In this document: piece after piece, positions 10,787 through 21,537 of the stretch
Numbering within the stretch: position 1 is the stretch's first letter
Layout of the letters: each line of letters starts with the position of its first letter
Source: Candidatus Krumholzibacteriota bacterium
Lineage (GTDB): Bacteria; Krumholzibacteriota; Krumholzibacteriia; JAJRXK01
Reading direction: 5' to 3'
Length of the DNA stretch: 64,000 bases
NCBI GenBank assembly: GCA_963764625.1
Contig: CAVXTH010000003.1
Span: 32,001-96,000 of the forward strand
Notes under the pieces: generated by a model
The model's input: only the letters and a program-made list of their open reading frames with translations
Database searches by the model: none
Told to the model about the DNA's origin: nothing
Translations under genes and position numbers: made by a program

Positions 10787-11367
10787 CCCTTATTCCACCC
10801 TTCGGCGCACAGTTCGAGCAGCACTCCACTCATCAGCTGCGCTTCGAAGGCCGCGAGTCGGCAATCCTCTTGCTCCCAACTGTAAGGCGGAAGGCCTGCT
10901 TTGCGGGCCAAGGCGTTCAAGAATCCGAGTCGATCCAGGCCATGCTCGCGCGCCACCTGGGGCAGCAGCAGGCCACGCCGCCCCCCCAGCTCGATGAGCA
11001 GACCGTGTCGTCCCACCACGACCTCTTCGGGTGCGATCGGTCGGCTCGGGCTGAGAACCGAGAGCTCCACCTCGACTTCCTTCAGGGCACTCGCCTCAAT
11101 CCTCTCGAAGCGCGAGTCCTGCAGCGCCGCGGCGCGCGCCGCGGCCCGCACCGTCTCCCACAGGGCATCCTCGGACTGGACGTATCCGATGCAGCCGGCC
11201 AACACCCCCTTGCGCTTGAGGGTCACGAAGGCGCCTCCCGCCCTCAGCAGAGCCGCATCGGGGCACGGCTCTTCGGCGACCACCTCGTCCAAAAGGCATG
11301 CGGCGCACACCCGTGCGGCCCGACGCAAGAGCAGCCGCATCGATTCCAAGTTCAATGGTGAGTCCAT
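10783..11367 (-). CDS. AMMECR1-domain protein (AmmeMemoRadiSam protein A)
   Basis: GAFVTL...LAGCIG, DSRF, VELSVLS, GRHGL, GLLLPQVA. Confidence 0.88.
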   Translation of the reverse strand: MDSPLNLESMRLLLRRAARVCAACLLDEVVAEEPCPDAALLRAGGAFVTLKRKGVLAGCIGYVQSEDALWETVRAAARAAALQDSRFERIEASALKEVEVELSVLSPSRPIAPEEVVVGRHGLLIELGGRRGLLLPQVAREHGLDRLGFLNALARKAGLPPYSWEQEDCRLAAFEAQLMSGVLLELCAEGWNKG

Positions 11368-11409
11368 GCGCCAACTCCCCGCTCCGATTTCAACGCCTCG
11401 CGTTTCGAT

Positions 11410-13047
11410 TCAGCGCAATCGACGTAACTCGTAGCGCTCGCCGCGCCACACCAGGGTTCCCAGATTGGCGGGCGCGCGCGCGTCTCCGCGAAAGAGAACC
11501 ACTTCCTGCACCCCGGTCCGCAGGAGATCGTCCACGCAGTATTCGTTCAGACCCCGGCAACAGGCTCGCCTGAGCTGCCGCACTTCCATGGGGACGAAGC
11601 CGCTGCTCCCTCCCGCCACAGGGCGGCCGACGAGGACCGACCAGAGCATGCACCGCGCGTCCAGACTTGTCTCGTCCTCTTCGGTGCACGGAGTGGGGAG
11701 AGCGATCCACGCCCCCTGGTCGGGATCACTTCGCAGGGCCGAGAGTAAGGCCTGCTCTTCGGCGTCCGGCTGCGCCCGCACTCTCTCGAGTCCCGAGGGC
11801 ATGAGATCCAGGAGCGCGAGCGTCAGGCCCAGCAGCAGAAGCAGATGGAGCGGGGTCGAGCCGTGGGCGCGCCAATTTCCACGGAGCCTCATCGCGGCGT
11901 GACTCCCGGCCAGGGCGAGGAAGAGCGCGCCGGGGAGAAAAAGCCGGGTGGGAGCGCGCAGCGATTGCAGGGCCCAGAACCGGTCCTGGAGCCAGGCCAG
12001 AGGAAGCGGCACCTCTCCGAAGGGAGGCAGGGGCATGCTCCGTCCGAAGCTGAGGATCAGGCCCGCCAGGGCGGCCACCGCCATGGCCCACCACAGCGAA
12101 CGAATCGCGGCGCCGTGCTTGCCGCGCAGGGCGAGAACGAATCCGCAAAGGGCCACCCAGGGCCACAAGAGGCCGGCGTAGAGCACCGGCCGTTCGGGCA
12201 CGGGCTTGGGCCAGGGCAAAAGATGGACGGCGGGTGGATGCAGCAGATCGAAGGGACGGCCCGCGAACGGACCCACCGAACCCGGCCCGCGGACGAAGCC
12301 GGCCACCGCATCCGCCGCGTGCTGGTAGGGAGTGCCACTCTCGCGCGCCCACAAGAGGCCCAGCGCCAAAAGCAGCGTGAGCCCCAGCGCCTGCCGGGTC
12401 TTCAGAGCGTGCAAGGAGAAGAACGCAGCCAACAGAAGCGTCACCCACAGCGAGGCCAGATTGTAGAAGCCCCACAGCGGTTGCAAACCGAGCGCCAGCC
12501 CCAAGAACAAGAGCCCATCCCATCGCCCCTTGCCCAACCGCAACAGTCCCCACAGAGCCAGCGGCAAGAACGGGGTGGGAAGTTGGTTGAGATGGTGATA
12601 GTGCCCCGCCGCGTGCGGCCCGGCAGTGAAGACGAACGCGGCTAGAAGGGCCGCGGCTCGATCCAGGCCCAGCTCACGCGCCAGGCGTACGGTCGCCAAG
12701 AAAGCGAGGAGAAGAGTTCCCACGAGGCACAGGTTGTACGCCAGAGCAGGCAGAACGCGCATGCCGGGCAGAAACCGCACGAGCAACGACTGCCCGAAGA
12801 GCGAATCCATGTAGGCCAGACTGAAGGGAGCCGGCCAGAAGAATGGAGCCTGCCAGGCGCTCGCGTGCAGGGGCGAATGACGCACCACCCACTGCAGAAT
12901 TCCACACTGGAGCAGGGGATCGAGTCCCCCCGCGAGCGAGGGGAGATCCCGCAGCGGATTCGCGCGCGCGAGAAGCAGCGGCAACACCGCCGCGAAGAAT
13001 CCAGAGGCGAGCTGGAGGATCAGCCATGACCTGTCGCGACTTCGCAT
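11410..13047 (-). CDS. Polytopic membrane protein, YfhO/GT-C glycosyltransferase-like
   Basis: GGLDPLLQ..ILQW, APFFWP...LAYMD, LAYN, many TM helices, LRAPTRL, GGSSGF; topology typical of GT-C-like proteins. Confidence 0.6.
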   Translation of the reverse strand: MRSRDRSWLILQLASGFFAAVLPLLLARANPLRDLPSLAGGLDPLLQCGILQWVVRHSPLHASAWQAPFFWPAPFSLAYMDSLFGQSLLVRFLPGMRVLPALAYNLCLVGTLLLAFLATVRLARELGLDRAAALLAAFVFTAGPHAAGHYHHLNQLPTPFLPLALWGLLRLGKGRWDGLLFLGLALGLQPLWGFYNLASLWVTLLLAAFFSLHALKTRQALGLTLLLALGLLWARESGTPYQHAADAVAGFVRGPGSVGPFAGRPFDLLHPPAVHLLPWPKPVPERPVLYAGLLWPWVALCGFVLALRGKHGAAIRSLWWAMAVAALAGLILSFGRSMPLPPFGEVPLPLAWLQDRFWALQSLRAPTRLFLPGALFLALAGSHAAMRLRGNWRAHGSTPLHLLLLLGLTLALLDLMPSGLERVRAQPDAEEQALLSALRSDPDQGAWIALPTPCTEEDETSLDARCMLWSVLVGRPVAGGSSGFVPMEVRQLRRACCRGLNEYCVDDLLRTGVQEVVLFRGDARAPANLGTLVWRGERYELRRLR

Positions 13048-13062
13048 GGTGGAAACCGCTCT

Positions 13063-15084
13063 CTAGTTGACGTAGCCGAGCGAACGCAAACGTTCCCGCA
13101 GCGCGGGATCGTCGATGATCTCGTGGGGGATCTTGCTCGCCTCGTGCCGCCAGCGATCGAGCGCGTCCAGGAGAGTTCGTTCGCGCGCACTCAGCTCGCT
13201 CGCCTCCAGCGGCACGTCCACTTCGGCCATGGGGCCGCAGGCGTCGATGCGAGAGAAGGTGAGCAACTCGTCGTCGCGCAGGATCCCCTCTCCTCCCTCG
13301 AAGAGGAAGCGGGTGCGCTGGGTTCCGTACAGAAGGTCTTCCGCCAAGAGGGCCGGAGGGGAACAGCCAGTTTCAGTTTCGGTTTCAGGGTCGGCGTTCT
13401 CACCCTCCACCTGACCCGCCCGCTGCAACTCTGCGCTTCGGTCCACCCCGAAGACGTAGGGCGCGAGGATCGAGTCCACCGCCGCCAGTGCCCTTCCCTT
13501 GGGCTGCATCGCGGGCAGACCCAGAAGCGAGAGGACGGTGGGCCCAACATCCTCGAGTTTCATTCCTTTTGCGGTGGCCCCCTCGGGCAGGCCGTTCCCA
13601 CCGAAGACGAGCGGAACCCGCAACAACTCGCCGTAGAGAGTGTGCCCGTGCTCGAATCCTCCGTGCTCGAAGAACTCCTCCCCGTGATCGCTGGCCAGGA
13701 CCCAGAGCAGCGGCCGATCTCCGCTGCCGATTTGCGCGGCGTGCAGGAGCGCGAGCACCTGCCGGTCGAGGAAGAAGATCTCGCGCTGGTAGAGTTCGCG
13801 CAGCGCCGCCTCGCCCAGTGGCCCCAGACTTTGTGCCGCCCCGCGAATAACGCGGAGATTTCGTACCGCTCCGCGAATGAGGTAGGGCTTGAGCGGATCC
13901 AGCCAGGGGCCGGGATGAGGATCCGTCGTCTCCCCGTGTGCCCCCCGAAGGTGATAGGGCATGTGGGGATCGATCACGTGTACCCAGACCATCCAGGGGC
14001 CGGCTTCGCCGCGGTTCAGCCACTTCACCGCCTTGTGGATGATGCGGTCCCCGCGCTCCAGTCTCTCCTGGAGTTTCCGGTGTAGGGTGCGGACCCAGAT
14101 CATCTGCTCCACCGGCTCCAGCGACTCCAGACGGCCAGCATGATCGAAGTGATCGAACCCGCGGCCAAAACCAAGCCCCGCTTCGAGGTGAGGATTGCTG
14201 ACGTAGGCCCGGGTCTGCCAGCCTTGCTCTTGAAGGACCTGGGGCCACCACGAAACCTCGGGAGAAACCCCGCGCTCGCGGTTGGCTCCGTGTCCGGTGG
14301 GCGCGACACCCGAAAAGAGCGAGGCAAAGCTGGGCCTGGTCCACGGCGCGCAGCTGAATCCCTCGCAGCGTACCCCCTCACCAATCCACTCGTCGAATCC
14401 CGGGGTGGCGGGTCCACCATAACTTCCCAGAGCGTCGGGACGCAGGGTGTCGATCGTGAAGAGAAGGAGATTGGGAGCGTCCGCCGGCGCGACGCGGGAG
14501 CTTCGCGGCGAGGACGGAACTCCAAGCGAGAGAAGAGCGGCGCCGATCAGAACCACCAGAACCACTCCCAATCCGGCAAGCAGCGGGAGCCCCAGGTACA
14601 TTCGCGCGCTGAAGCGCAGCCAACCCCGGCTCAGCACGACGGCCACCACGCCGGCGCAGAGCGCGGCCACACACGCCAGCCCGAGAGTCTCCCAGGCGAA
14701 CAGGGTCTCGTGGTAATAGCTCAACAGCGGCCAGTGGGAAAAGCGAGCCAGATGATCCAGATCGACCCAGAGGGTGGGAAAGAGCGCCGCCACCCAACAC
14801 AGGAAGAGCCCACTCGATGAGGCGCCCGAGCGAGGGCGAGAGAACCCGGCGCGCACTGCCATCTTTGCCAACAGAGCGAGCAGCGCGGGCAGCAGAAACA
14901 ACAGAGCCTGCAGGCCGATGATTCCCAGCCACGATGCGCCGTCGTGACGCGGATGACCGATCGGAGGCGGACCGCTCCGGTGGTAGAAGCACTCCGCGGC
15001 GCCCAGGAGCGCGCCGCAAAGTCCGATCAAAGGAAGCACACGGAGGAGCGAAGGAGCTTCTCCACGATCGGAAGGAACACGCAA
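13063..15084 (-). CDS. Membrane-anchored sulfatase-like (alkaline phosphatase superfamily) hydrolase/transferase
   Basis: About 5 N-terminal TM helices, then PNLLLFTIDTLRPD, APWTRPSFASLFSG, DPHMPY, SDHGEEF.EHG, LRSLGYV. Confidence 0.85.
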   Translation of the reverse strand: MRVPSDRGEAPSLLRVLPLIGLCGALLGAAECFYHRSGPPPIGHPRHDGASWLGIIGLQALLFLLPALLALLAKMAVRAGFSRPRSGASSSGLFLCWVAALFPTLWVDLDHLARFSHWPLLSYYHETLFAWETLGLACVAALCAGVVAVVLSRGWLRFSARMYLGLPLLAGLGVVLVVLIGAALLSLGVPSSPRSSRVAPADAPNLLLFTIDTLRPDALGSYGGPATPGFDEWIGEGVRCEGFSCAPWTRPSFASLFSGVAPTGHGANRERGVSPEVSWWPQVLQEQGWQTRAYVSNPHLEAGLGFGRGFDHFDHAGRLESLEPVEQMIWVRTLHRKLQERLERGDRIIHKAVKWLNRGEAGPWMVWVHVIDPHMPYHLRGAHGETTDPHPGPWLDPLKPYLIRGAVRNLRVIRGAAQSLGPLGEAALRELYQREIFFLDRQVLALLHAAQIGSGDRPLLWVLASDHGEEFFEHGGFEHGHTLYGELLRVPLVFGGNGLPEGATAKGMKLEDVGPTVLSLLGLPAMQPKGRALAAVDSILAPYVFGVDRSAELQRAGQVEGENADPETETETGCSPPALLAEDLLYGTQRTRFLFEGGEGILRDDELLTFSRIDACGPMAEVDVPLEASELSARERTLLDALDRWRHEASKIPHEIIDDPALRERLRSLGYVN

Positions 15085-15096
15085 GATGATGGTCCC

Positions 15097-16563
15097 TTAG
15101 AAAGTGCGCGCCAATGCCGCCGCTCCGAGACGCGCCAAGTCGGCGACCGACGAGGGGAACAACCCGATCCACAAGAGCAACACCGCCGCGACTCCCATCG
15201 CCGCCGCGGCCTGCACGTCGTCACCGATGTAGGCTTCCTCGCCCGGCGACCTCATGTAGAGATAGACCACGACGCGCAGATAGTAGAAAGCCGCCACTGC
15301 GCTGTTCAAGAGAGCGACCACGGCCAGACCGATCATGCCCTTGGAAATGACCGCGCCAAAGACGTAGAACTTGCCCCAGAAACCCGCGGTGGGTGGCACT
15401 CCAGCCAGACTCAACATGCAGATCGTCAGGTACAAGCTCACCCAGGGATGCCGCTTGGCCAGGCCGGCGAATCCCTGCAGTTGCATGCGCTCTCCGCGAC
15501 CGCGGCTCACGAACGTGATGGCCCCGAACGCTCCGATGTTCATGAGGGCGTAGACCGCCAGGTAGAATAGAATGCCACTGGTGGCCGCGTCGTGGGTCTC
15601 CGATCCCACCGCCACCACCCCCAGCAGCAGATAACCGGCGTGGGCGATGGCAGAGTAGGCCAGCATCCGTTTCAGGTTGCTCTGAGCCAGAGCCACGATG
15701 TTACCGAAGCTCATGGTCAGGATCGAGAACGCGATGAGCAGAGGACCCAGCTTGTCGCTCAGGACGGGCAGCCCGGTCCAGACCACGCGCAAGAGGACCG
15801 CGAAGGCGGCGGCTTTCACTCCCGCCGCCATATAGCCGGCGACCGGGGCCGGCGCACCGGCGTAGACGTCCGGGGTCCACTGATGGAAGGGGACCATCGC
15901 GATCTTGAAGCCCAGGCCCACCACCAAGAGGCCCCAACCGGCCCAGAACACCGGATTGCTGCGTAGCAGGGCGTTCCCCCCCATGCGCGCGCCCAGGACC
16001 TCGAGCTGCGTGGTACCGGTCGTGCCGTAGATCAACCCGATGCCGTAGAGCAGGAAGGCCGAGGCGAAGGCCCCCAGGATGAGATACTTGAACCCGGCCT
16101 CCTGGCTGTGGATGGAGTCCCGCTGGAGCGCCGCGAGCACGTAGACCCCGATCGACATCAGCTCGAGCGAGAGGAAGATCGCCACCAAATCGGTAGAAGA
16201 CGCCAGGAGCATCATGCCCGCGGTGGCAAAGAGAATCAGGGGATAGAACTCCGGCATCGGCCGCATCTGGCGGCGCAGATAGACCGCCCCCAGGCTCACC
16301 GTCAACAGTCCCGTCATCACGAACACGAGCTCGAAGAACGACGAGTACGCATCAGCGCGGATGACCCCGTGAAACAGGGTGTTGCCGCCGCGAACGATCG
16401 AGGCATTCGCGGCGAGTCCGGCCAGAACCAGAAACAGCGCCGAAAGAATCGACAGATGGTCGGAGTCACGGCGCGGCCAGAATGCCTCGACCATGAGCAC
16501 CACGACTCCGCCGAGCACCAGCCACAGGATGGGAGTGATCTGCCCGAGTTCGGACCAACTCAT
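15097..16563 (-). CDS. nuoN: NADH-quinone oxidoreductase subunit N
   Basis: EAGFKYLILG, FKIAMVPFHQWTPDVY.GAP, KRMLAYSAIAHAGY; ATG 16563 overlaps the nuoM stop. Confidence 0.95.
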   Translation of the reverse strand: MSWSELGQITPILWLVLGGVVVLMVEAFWPRRDSDHLSILSALFLVLAGLAANASIVRGGNTLFHGVIRADAYSSFFELVFVMTGLLTVSLGAVYLRRQMRPMPEFYPLILFATAGMMLLASSTDLVAIFLSLELMSIGVYVLAALQRDSIHSQEAGFKYLILGAFASAFLLYGIGLIYGTTGTTQLEVLGARMGGNALLRSNPVFWAGWGLLVVGLGFKIAMVPFHQWTPDVYAGAPAPVAGYMAAGVKAAAFAVLLRVVWTGLPVLSDKLGPLLIAFSILTMSFGNIVALAQSNLKRMLAYSAIAHAGYLLLGVVAVGSETHDAATSGILFYLAVYALMNIGAFGAITFVSRGRGERMQLQGFAGLAKRHPWVSLYLTICMLSLAGVPPTAGFWGKFYVFGAVISKGMIGLAVVALLNSAVAAFYYLRVVVYLYMRSPGEEAYIGDDVQAAAAMGVAAVLLLWIGLFPSSVADLARLGAAALARTF

Positions 16564-18141
16564 CGCCGCACCTCCTGCCCGCTCGTGACCTCGGGCTCCA
16601 CCGCCTCGAGCTCGGCCCACTTCGCCGTCGCGTTGTCGTCCTGCCGAGCGAGTTGGGTCCGTTGATATTCGATGACCGCGCGAAGATCGGGTTCCATCTT
16701 CTTGAGCCAGGGAGAGGGTTGCACGCCCATCCAGAGAATGAAGAAGAACAACGGCACCACCACGAGCACTTCGCGAAGACTGAGATCTTTGAGGCCCTTG
16801 TTCTCGCTCTTCACGCAGTCGCCCAGGAACACCCTCTGGTACACCCACAACATGTAGAGGGCCCCGAGAATGACCCCTAGGGCCGCGATCACAGTGAAGC
16901 CGGTGGCCCAATTCAAGCTGAGACTCTTGAACGAGCCGACCAGTACCAGAAATTCTCCCACAAAACCCGAGAGCCCGGGAAGGCCCACGCTGGCCAACGT
17001 CGCAATCATGAACGCCGTCGCGTACAGCGGCATCACGCGCGCGATGCCGCCAAACTCCGAGATCTCACGCGTGTGTCTCCGCTCGTAAATGAAGCCCACC
17101 AAGAGGAAGAGGCTTCCCGTGGCCAGACCGTGACTCAGCATCACGAAGACTGCACCCGACATCGATTCCACCGTCAATGCGAAGAGCCCCAGGACGACGA
17201 ACCCGAGATGGCTCACCGACGAGTAAGCCACCAGCCGCTTCACGTCCTTCTGCACCATCGCCACCAGGGCCCCGTAGACGATCCCGATGACCGCAAGGAC
17301 ACAGAGGAAGGGAGCGAAGCGCGCGACGGCGAGGGGAAAGAACGGAATGGCGAAGCGGACCAGACCGTAAGTCCCCATTTTCAGCAGACACCCCCGCCAG
17401 CACCACCGAACCGGCGGTGGGGGCTTCCACGTGTGCGTCGGGAAGCCAGGTGTGCAGGGGAAAGATCGGCACCTTGATGGCGAACGCCACCACGAACGCG
17501 CCGAAGAGCCAGGCCTGTTGCGATCCGGTGAGGGTCAGGTTTCTGAACGCGAACCAGGAGAACGAACCCGCCCCGGCTTTATACATGTACAGAATCGCGG
17601 CGAGCATCAGGACGCTGCCCGCGAAGGTATACAGGAAGAACTTCACCGAGGCGTAGACGCGGCGCTTCCCGCCCCAGATCCCGATGATCAGGGCCATCGG
17701 GATGAGCATGGCTTCCCAGAACACGTAAAAGAGTACCATGTCGGTGGCGCAGAAGGTCCCCAGCATCGCGGTCTGCAGAAGAAGCAAGAACGCCATGAAC
17801 TCCCGGACCCTCTCGCGCACCGCGTTCCAGGTGGAGACCACCAGGATCGGACCCAAAAAAGTGGTGAGCAAAAGCAACCACAGGCTGATGCCGTCCAGCC
17901 CCAAGGCGTAGTGAATCCCCAAGCGCGGGACCCAGTTGACGTTCTCCACGAATCGGAAGCCAACTCCAGATTCGAAACCGGCCAGGAGTTTCAGGCTCAG
18001 GATGAAGTCCAGAACCAGCACCACGGCCGCGAGGACTTTGGCGCTGCGGTCACAACCCCGCGGAAGCAAGAGGAGTGGGATGACTCCGAGCAAGGGCAGG
18101 AAGATCACCCAACTGAGGAGATGATTTGCGATCGCTTCCAT
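16560..18141 (-). CDS. nuoM: NADH-quinone oxidoreductase subunit M (one-base insertion near 17388)
   Basis: FAIKVPIFPLHTWLPDAHVEAPTAGSVVLAGV in one frame, LLKMGTYG...KRLVAYSSVSHLG in the next. Removing one base restores LAGVLLKMG. Confidence 0.93.
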
Positions 18142-18150
18142 CTTCCCTTC

Positions 18151-20163
18151 CTAGAGGTGGCGGATCAGGTAGAAGAGGATCACCAACGCGCCGAAGGTGA
18201 ACGAATACGCGTACCAACGCAGCATTCCGTTTTGCAAGAGCCGCAGGACCGAACCCAGAATCCCCAACAACCTCGCGGGGCCGTTGACCAGTACCCCGTC
18301 GATCAGAGTGGAGTCGGTGAGCCGGTAGAACACGTTTTCGCTGATCCAGTACCCCGGCTTGACGATGAGCGTCTCGTAGATCTCGTCCACGAAATACTTG
18401 CCGCTGAGCAGCCAGTACACTCTTCCGTTGGCCATCGAGCGTCCTCTTTGGGCGAGCTCGAAGCGCTTCGTATAGATCAGGGTTCCGGCCACGATTCCCA
18501 CGATTGCCAGAGCCAAGGACAGAAGGGCCAGAGTCCATTCGGTCGCCGCGGCTCCGTGCGCGGCCACCGTGTGCGCGGCCTCGGCGCCGGTAGTCATGGC
18601 CGCGTGCGTCACCGTCTCACCGTGCGCCGCTTCGGCCGTGGAAGCGCTGCCGTTGAAGACCGGCTCGAGCCAGGCCTCGAAGCGGTTTCCGCCGCCCAGG
18701 AAATGGGGCCAGCCGATCCACCCGCCCACCAGACTTCCCACCCCGAGCAGGATCAAGGGGATCGTCATCACCGCGGGACTCTCGTGCACATGGTGCGCGT
18801 GCTCTTCATCCCCCCGGCTCGTCCCGAAGAAGGTGAGGGCCATGAGGCGCATCATGTAGAAAGCGGTCAGACCCGCCACCGCGAAGCCGATGAGCCAGAG
18901 CACTCTCGAATCGAGGAAGGTCCGGTAGAGAATCTCGTCCTTGGAGAAGAAGCCCGCGAAGGGGAAGACTCCCGCGATGGCCAGGGTTGCCATGGACATG
19001 GTGACGAAGGTGATGGGCAGCTTTCCCCTCAGCCCGCCCATGTGTCGCATGTCCTGCTGATGGTGCAGGGCGTTGATCACCGAGCCGGCGCCGAGGAAGA
19101 GCAAGGCCTTGAAGAACGCGTGGGTCATCACGTGGAAGATGCCGGCCGCGAACGCACCCACTCCGCAGGCCAGGAACATGTAGCCGAGCTGGGACACGGT
19201 GGAATAGGCGAGCACCTTCTTGATGTCGTTCTGGGTGAGGGCGATCGTCGCCGCCACCAACGCGGTCAGAGCGCCGATGACCGCCACCACTCCCATCGCC
19301 ACCGGCGAGAGCACGAAGAGGAAGTTCAGCCGCGCGACCATGTAGACACCGGCCGTGACCATGGTCGCGGCGTGGATCAAGGCCGAGACCGGAGTGGGAC
19401 CCGCCATCGCGTCGGGCAACCACACGAAGAGGGGGATCTGGGCGCTCTTCCCGGTCGCGCCCATGAAGAGAAGGAGACAGACCGCGGTCGCCACCGGCGC
19501 CAGCAGCTCCTTGTGCTGCGCCAGAACGGTGAACGAGAAGAGGTTCTCCCCGCCGACGTGTCCGCCCAGAGTGCGCGCGATGATGAGCATCCCCAACAAA
19601 AACCCGAAATCGCCCACGCGATTCACGAGGAAGGCTTTCTTTCCCGCCGCGCTGTTCAGCAAGTCCTCGAACCAGAATCCGATGAGCAGATAGGAGCAGA
19701 GCCCGACTCCTTCCCAACCCACGAAGAGAAGCGGCAGGTTGTCGCCCAACACCAGGATCAACATCATGCCCACGAAGAGATTCAGGTACGCGAAGTAGCG
19801 TTGGACTCCGCGGTCTCCCTTCATGTAGCCGATGCTGTAGATGTGGATGAGAAAGGCAACTCCGGTGACGAAGAGGATCATGACGGCGGTGAGCTGATCC
19901 ACCATGAACGAGACGTCGATCCGCAGATCCCCGACCGGTATCCAGGGATACACGAAGTCAGTCAGCAGCCGATCGCCCACCGGCAGGGCGCGCAGGTCGA
20001 GAAAAGCCTTCAGCGAGAGCAAGAACGAACCCAGTACCGTGAGCGAGGCGATCGACCCCGCGAAGATCCTGGGCAGTCGCCGGTTCAGGATTCCGTTGAG
20101 CGCCGCCCCCGCCAAGGGCAGGAGCACGATGAAGCGCAAGTACTCGGCCATGGTGGCGTGCAT
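18151..20163 (-). CDS. nuoL: NADH-quinone oxidoreductase subunit L
   Basis: GKSAQIPLFVWLPDAMAGPTPVSALIHAATMVTAG, DIKKVLAYSTVSQLGYM. Confidence 0.96.
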   Translation of the reverse strand: MHATMAEYLRFIVLLPLAGAALNGILNRRLPRIFAGSIASLTVLGSFLLSLKAFLDLRALPVGDRLLTDFVYPWIPVGDLRIDVSFMVDQLTAVMILFVTGVAFLIHIYSIGYMKGDRGVQRYFAYLNLFVGMMLILVLGDNLPLLFVGWEGVGLCSYLLIGFWFEDLLNSAAGKKAFLVNRVGDFGFLLGMLIIARTLGGHVGGENLFSFTVLAQHKELLAPVATAVCLLLFMGATGKSAQIPLFVWLPDAMAGPTPVSALIHAATMVTAGVYMVARLNFLFVLSPVAMGVVAVIGALTALVAATIALTQNDIKKVLAYSTVSQLGYMFLACGVGAFAAGIFHVMTHAFFKALLFLGAGSVINALHHQQDMRHMGGLRGKLPITFVTMSMATLAIAGVFPFAGFFSKDEILYRTFLDSRVLWLIGFAVAGLTAFYMMRLMALTFFGTSRGDEEHAHHVHESPAVMTIPLILLGVGSLVGGWIGWPHFLGGGNRFEAWLEPVFNGSASTAEAAHGETVTHAAMTTGAEAAHTVAAHGAAATEWTLALLSLALAIVGIVAGTLIYTKRFELAQRGRSMANGRVYWLLSGKYFVDEIYETLIVKPGYWISENVFYRLTDSTLIDGVLVNGPARLLGILGSVLRLLQNGMLRWYAYSFTFGALVILFYLIRHL

Positions 20164-20166
20164 GCC

Positions 20167-20472
20167 CTACTCCATCAGTTGGCGGAAGTGATCGACGTCC
20201 ACCGTGTCACGTTTGCGGAAGATCTCGACGAGAATGGCCAACCCCACCGCGGCCTCAGCCGCGGCCACCGCCAGAACGAAAAGCACGAGCACGTGCCCCG
20301 TGTGATCACCCAGATAGCGACTGAACGCCAGAATGCTGACGTTGGCTCCGGTGAGCATCAACTCGATCGACATGAACATCACCAGAGCGTTCCGCCGGAA
20401 GATCACTCCGGCCACTCCGATCGAAAACAGCAGAGCGGAGAGGATGAGATAGTGATTCAGGCCGATGGTCAT
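20167..20472 (-). CDS. nuoK: NADH-quinone oxidoreductase subunit K
   Basis: RRNALVMFMSIELML, VAAAEAAVGLAI. Confidence 0.95.
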   Translation of the reverse strand: MTIGLNHYLILSALLFSIGVAGVIFRRNALVMFMSIELMLTGANVSILAFSRYLGDHTGHVLVLFVLAVAAAEAAVGLAILVEIFRKRDTVDVDHFRQLME

Positions 20473-20473
20473 T

Positions 20474-21004
20474 TCAGGACTCCCCCCCGTCGTCCGGGGA
20501 GATCCCGGCCGCCACGGCCGGCCTCTTGCGGGCGATGTAGACCGCGCCGATCACCGCCACCAAGAGCAGAAGGCCGGCCACCTCGAAGAGAAACAAGTAA
20601 TCGACCAGGAGCTTTTGGCTGACCGCGTTCACGGTGCCGTAAGTGGAGGAAACCACTCCCATTTGCCGCGGGTCGTCGCCCATGAATCTGGAGAGCAGAG
20701 CCGCGAACGCGAGCACGGTCAAGGACGCCAGCAGCGGCACCAGTCGGCCACGCGAGACCCTGATACGGCTCGAGTCGCCCAAGAACATGGTCACGAAGAG
20801 GAAGAACACCATGATCGCCCCGGCGTAGACCAGAACCTGAAGCACCGCCAGGAAATGGGCCGAGAGGGTCGCGAAGATCGCGGCCACGTTCAGGAAGCAG
20901 GCGATGAGCCAGAACACTGAAGTCACCGCGTCGCGGCGCGTCACCATGGCCAGGGCGCAAATGACCGACAGAGTGGCGAAGACGTAGAACAAGACGGCTT
21001 GCAT
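20474..21004 (-). CDS. nuoJ: NADH-quinone oxidoreductase subunit J
   Basis: FLAVLQVLVYAGAIMVFFLFV, FEVAGLLLLVAVIGA. Confidence 0.94.
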   Translation of the reverse strand: MQAVLFYVFATLSVICALAMVTRRDAVTSVFWLIACFLNVAAIFATLSAHFLAVLQVLVYAGAIMVFFLFVTMFLGDSSRIRVSRGRLVPLLASLTVLAFAALLSRFMGDDPRQMGVVSSTYGTVNAVSQKLLVDYLFLFEVAGLLLLVAVIGAVYIARKRPAVAAGISPDDGGES

Positions 21005-21525
21005 CAGGACTTCACCCCGTCAGTGGTGTTGTTGAGGAGGAAGTCGAGATCGACCACGAACTTCTCACGCGAATCTGCGGCGATCTCGAAAATTCCGGTA
21101 TCCATTCGGATCGCGTCGCACGGACAGGCTTCGACGCACATGCCGCAATAGACGCAGCGAAGCAGATCGATCACGAAAGTCTCGGGACGCTTCTCCACGT
21201 CGTTGCGATCGTCGGCCATGGCCACGATGTCGATGCAATCGGCCGGGCACACGGTGGAGCACATCTGGCAGGCCACGCAACGCGGCGACCCGTCCTCCCT
21301 CTTCATCAGACGATGCCGGCTTCGAAGCCAGGTGCCATAGTTGGGCTTCTCGTCGGGATACTGCAGGGTCGGCATATCGCTCATGTGAAAGAGATTCGTC
21401 ACGAAGTGACGCGCGGTGATGTACATCCCCCTGAGAATTTCTTTCAGATACCAGAGTTCAGCGCCGCGCATTTTCGCGCCGCGCCCGCCGGTCTTGGCTT
21501 CTGGTCCGTGGATCGAGTACGGCAT
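21004..21525 (-). CDS. nuoI: NADH-quinone oxidoreductase subunit I
   Basis: Two CxxCxxCxxxCP 4Fe-4S motifs (CVACQMCSTVCP, CVYCGMCVEACP). Confidence 0.95.
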   Translation of the reverse strand: MPYSIHGPEAKTGGRGAKMRGAELWYLKEILRGMYITARHFVTNLFHMSDMPTLQYPDEKPNYGTWLRSRHRLMKREDGSPRCVACQMCSTVCPADCIDIVAMADDRNDVEKRPETFVIDLLRCVYCGMCVEACPCDAIRMDTGIFEIAADSREKFVVDLDFLLNNTTDGVKS

Positions 21526-21537
21526 CCAGTCGGCCTC

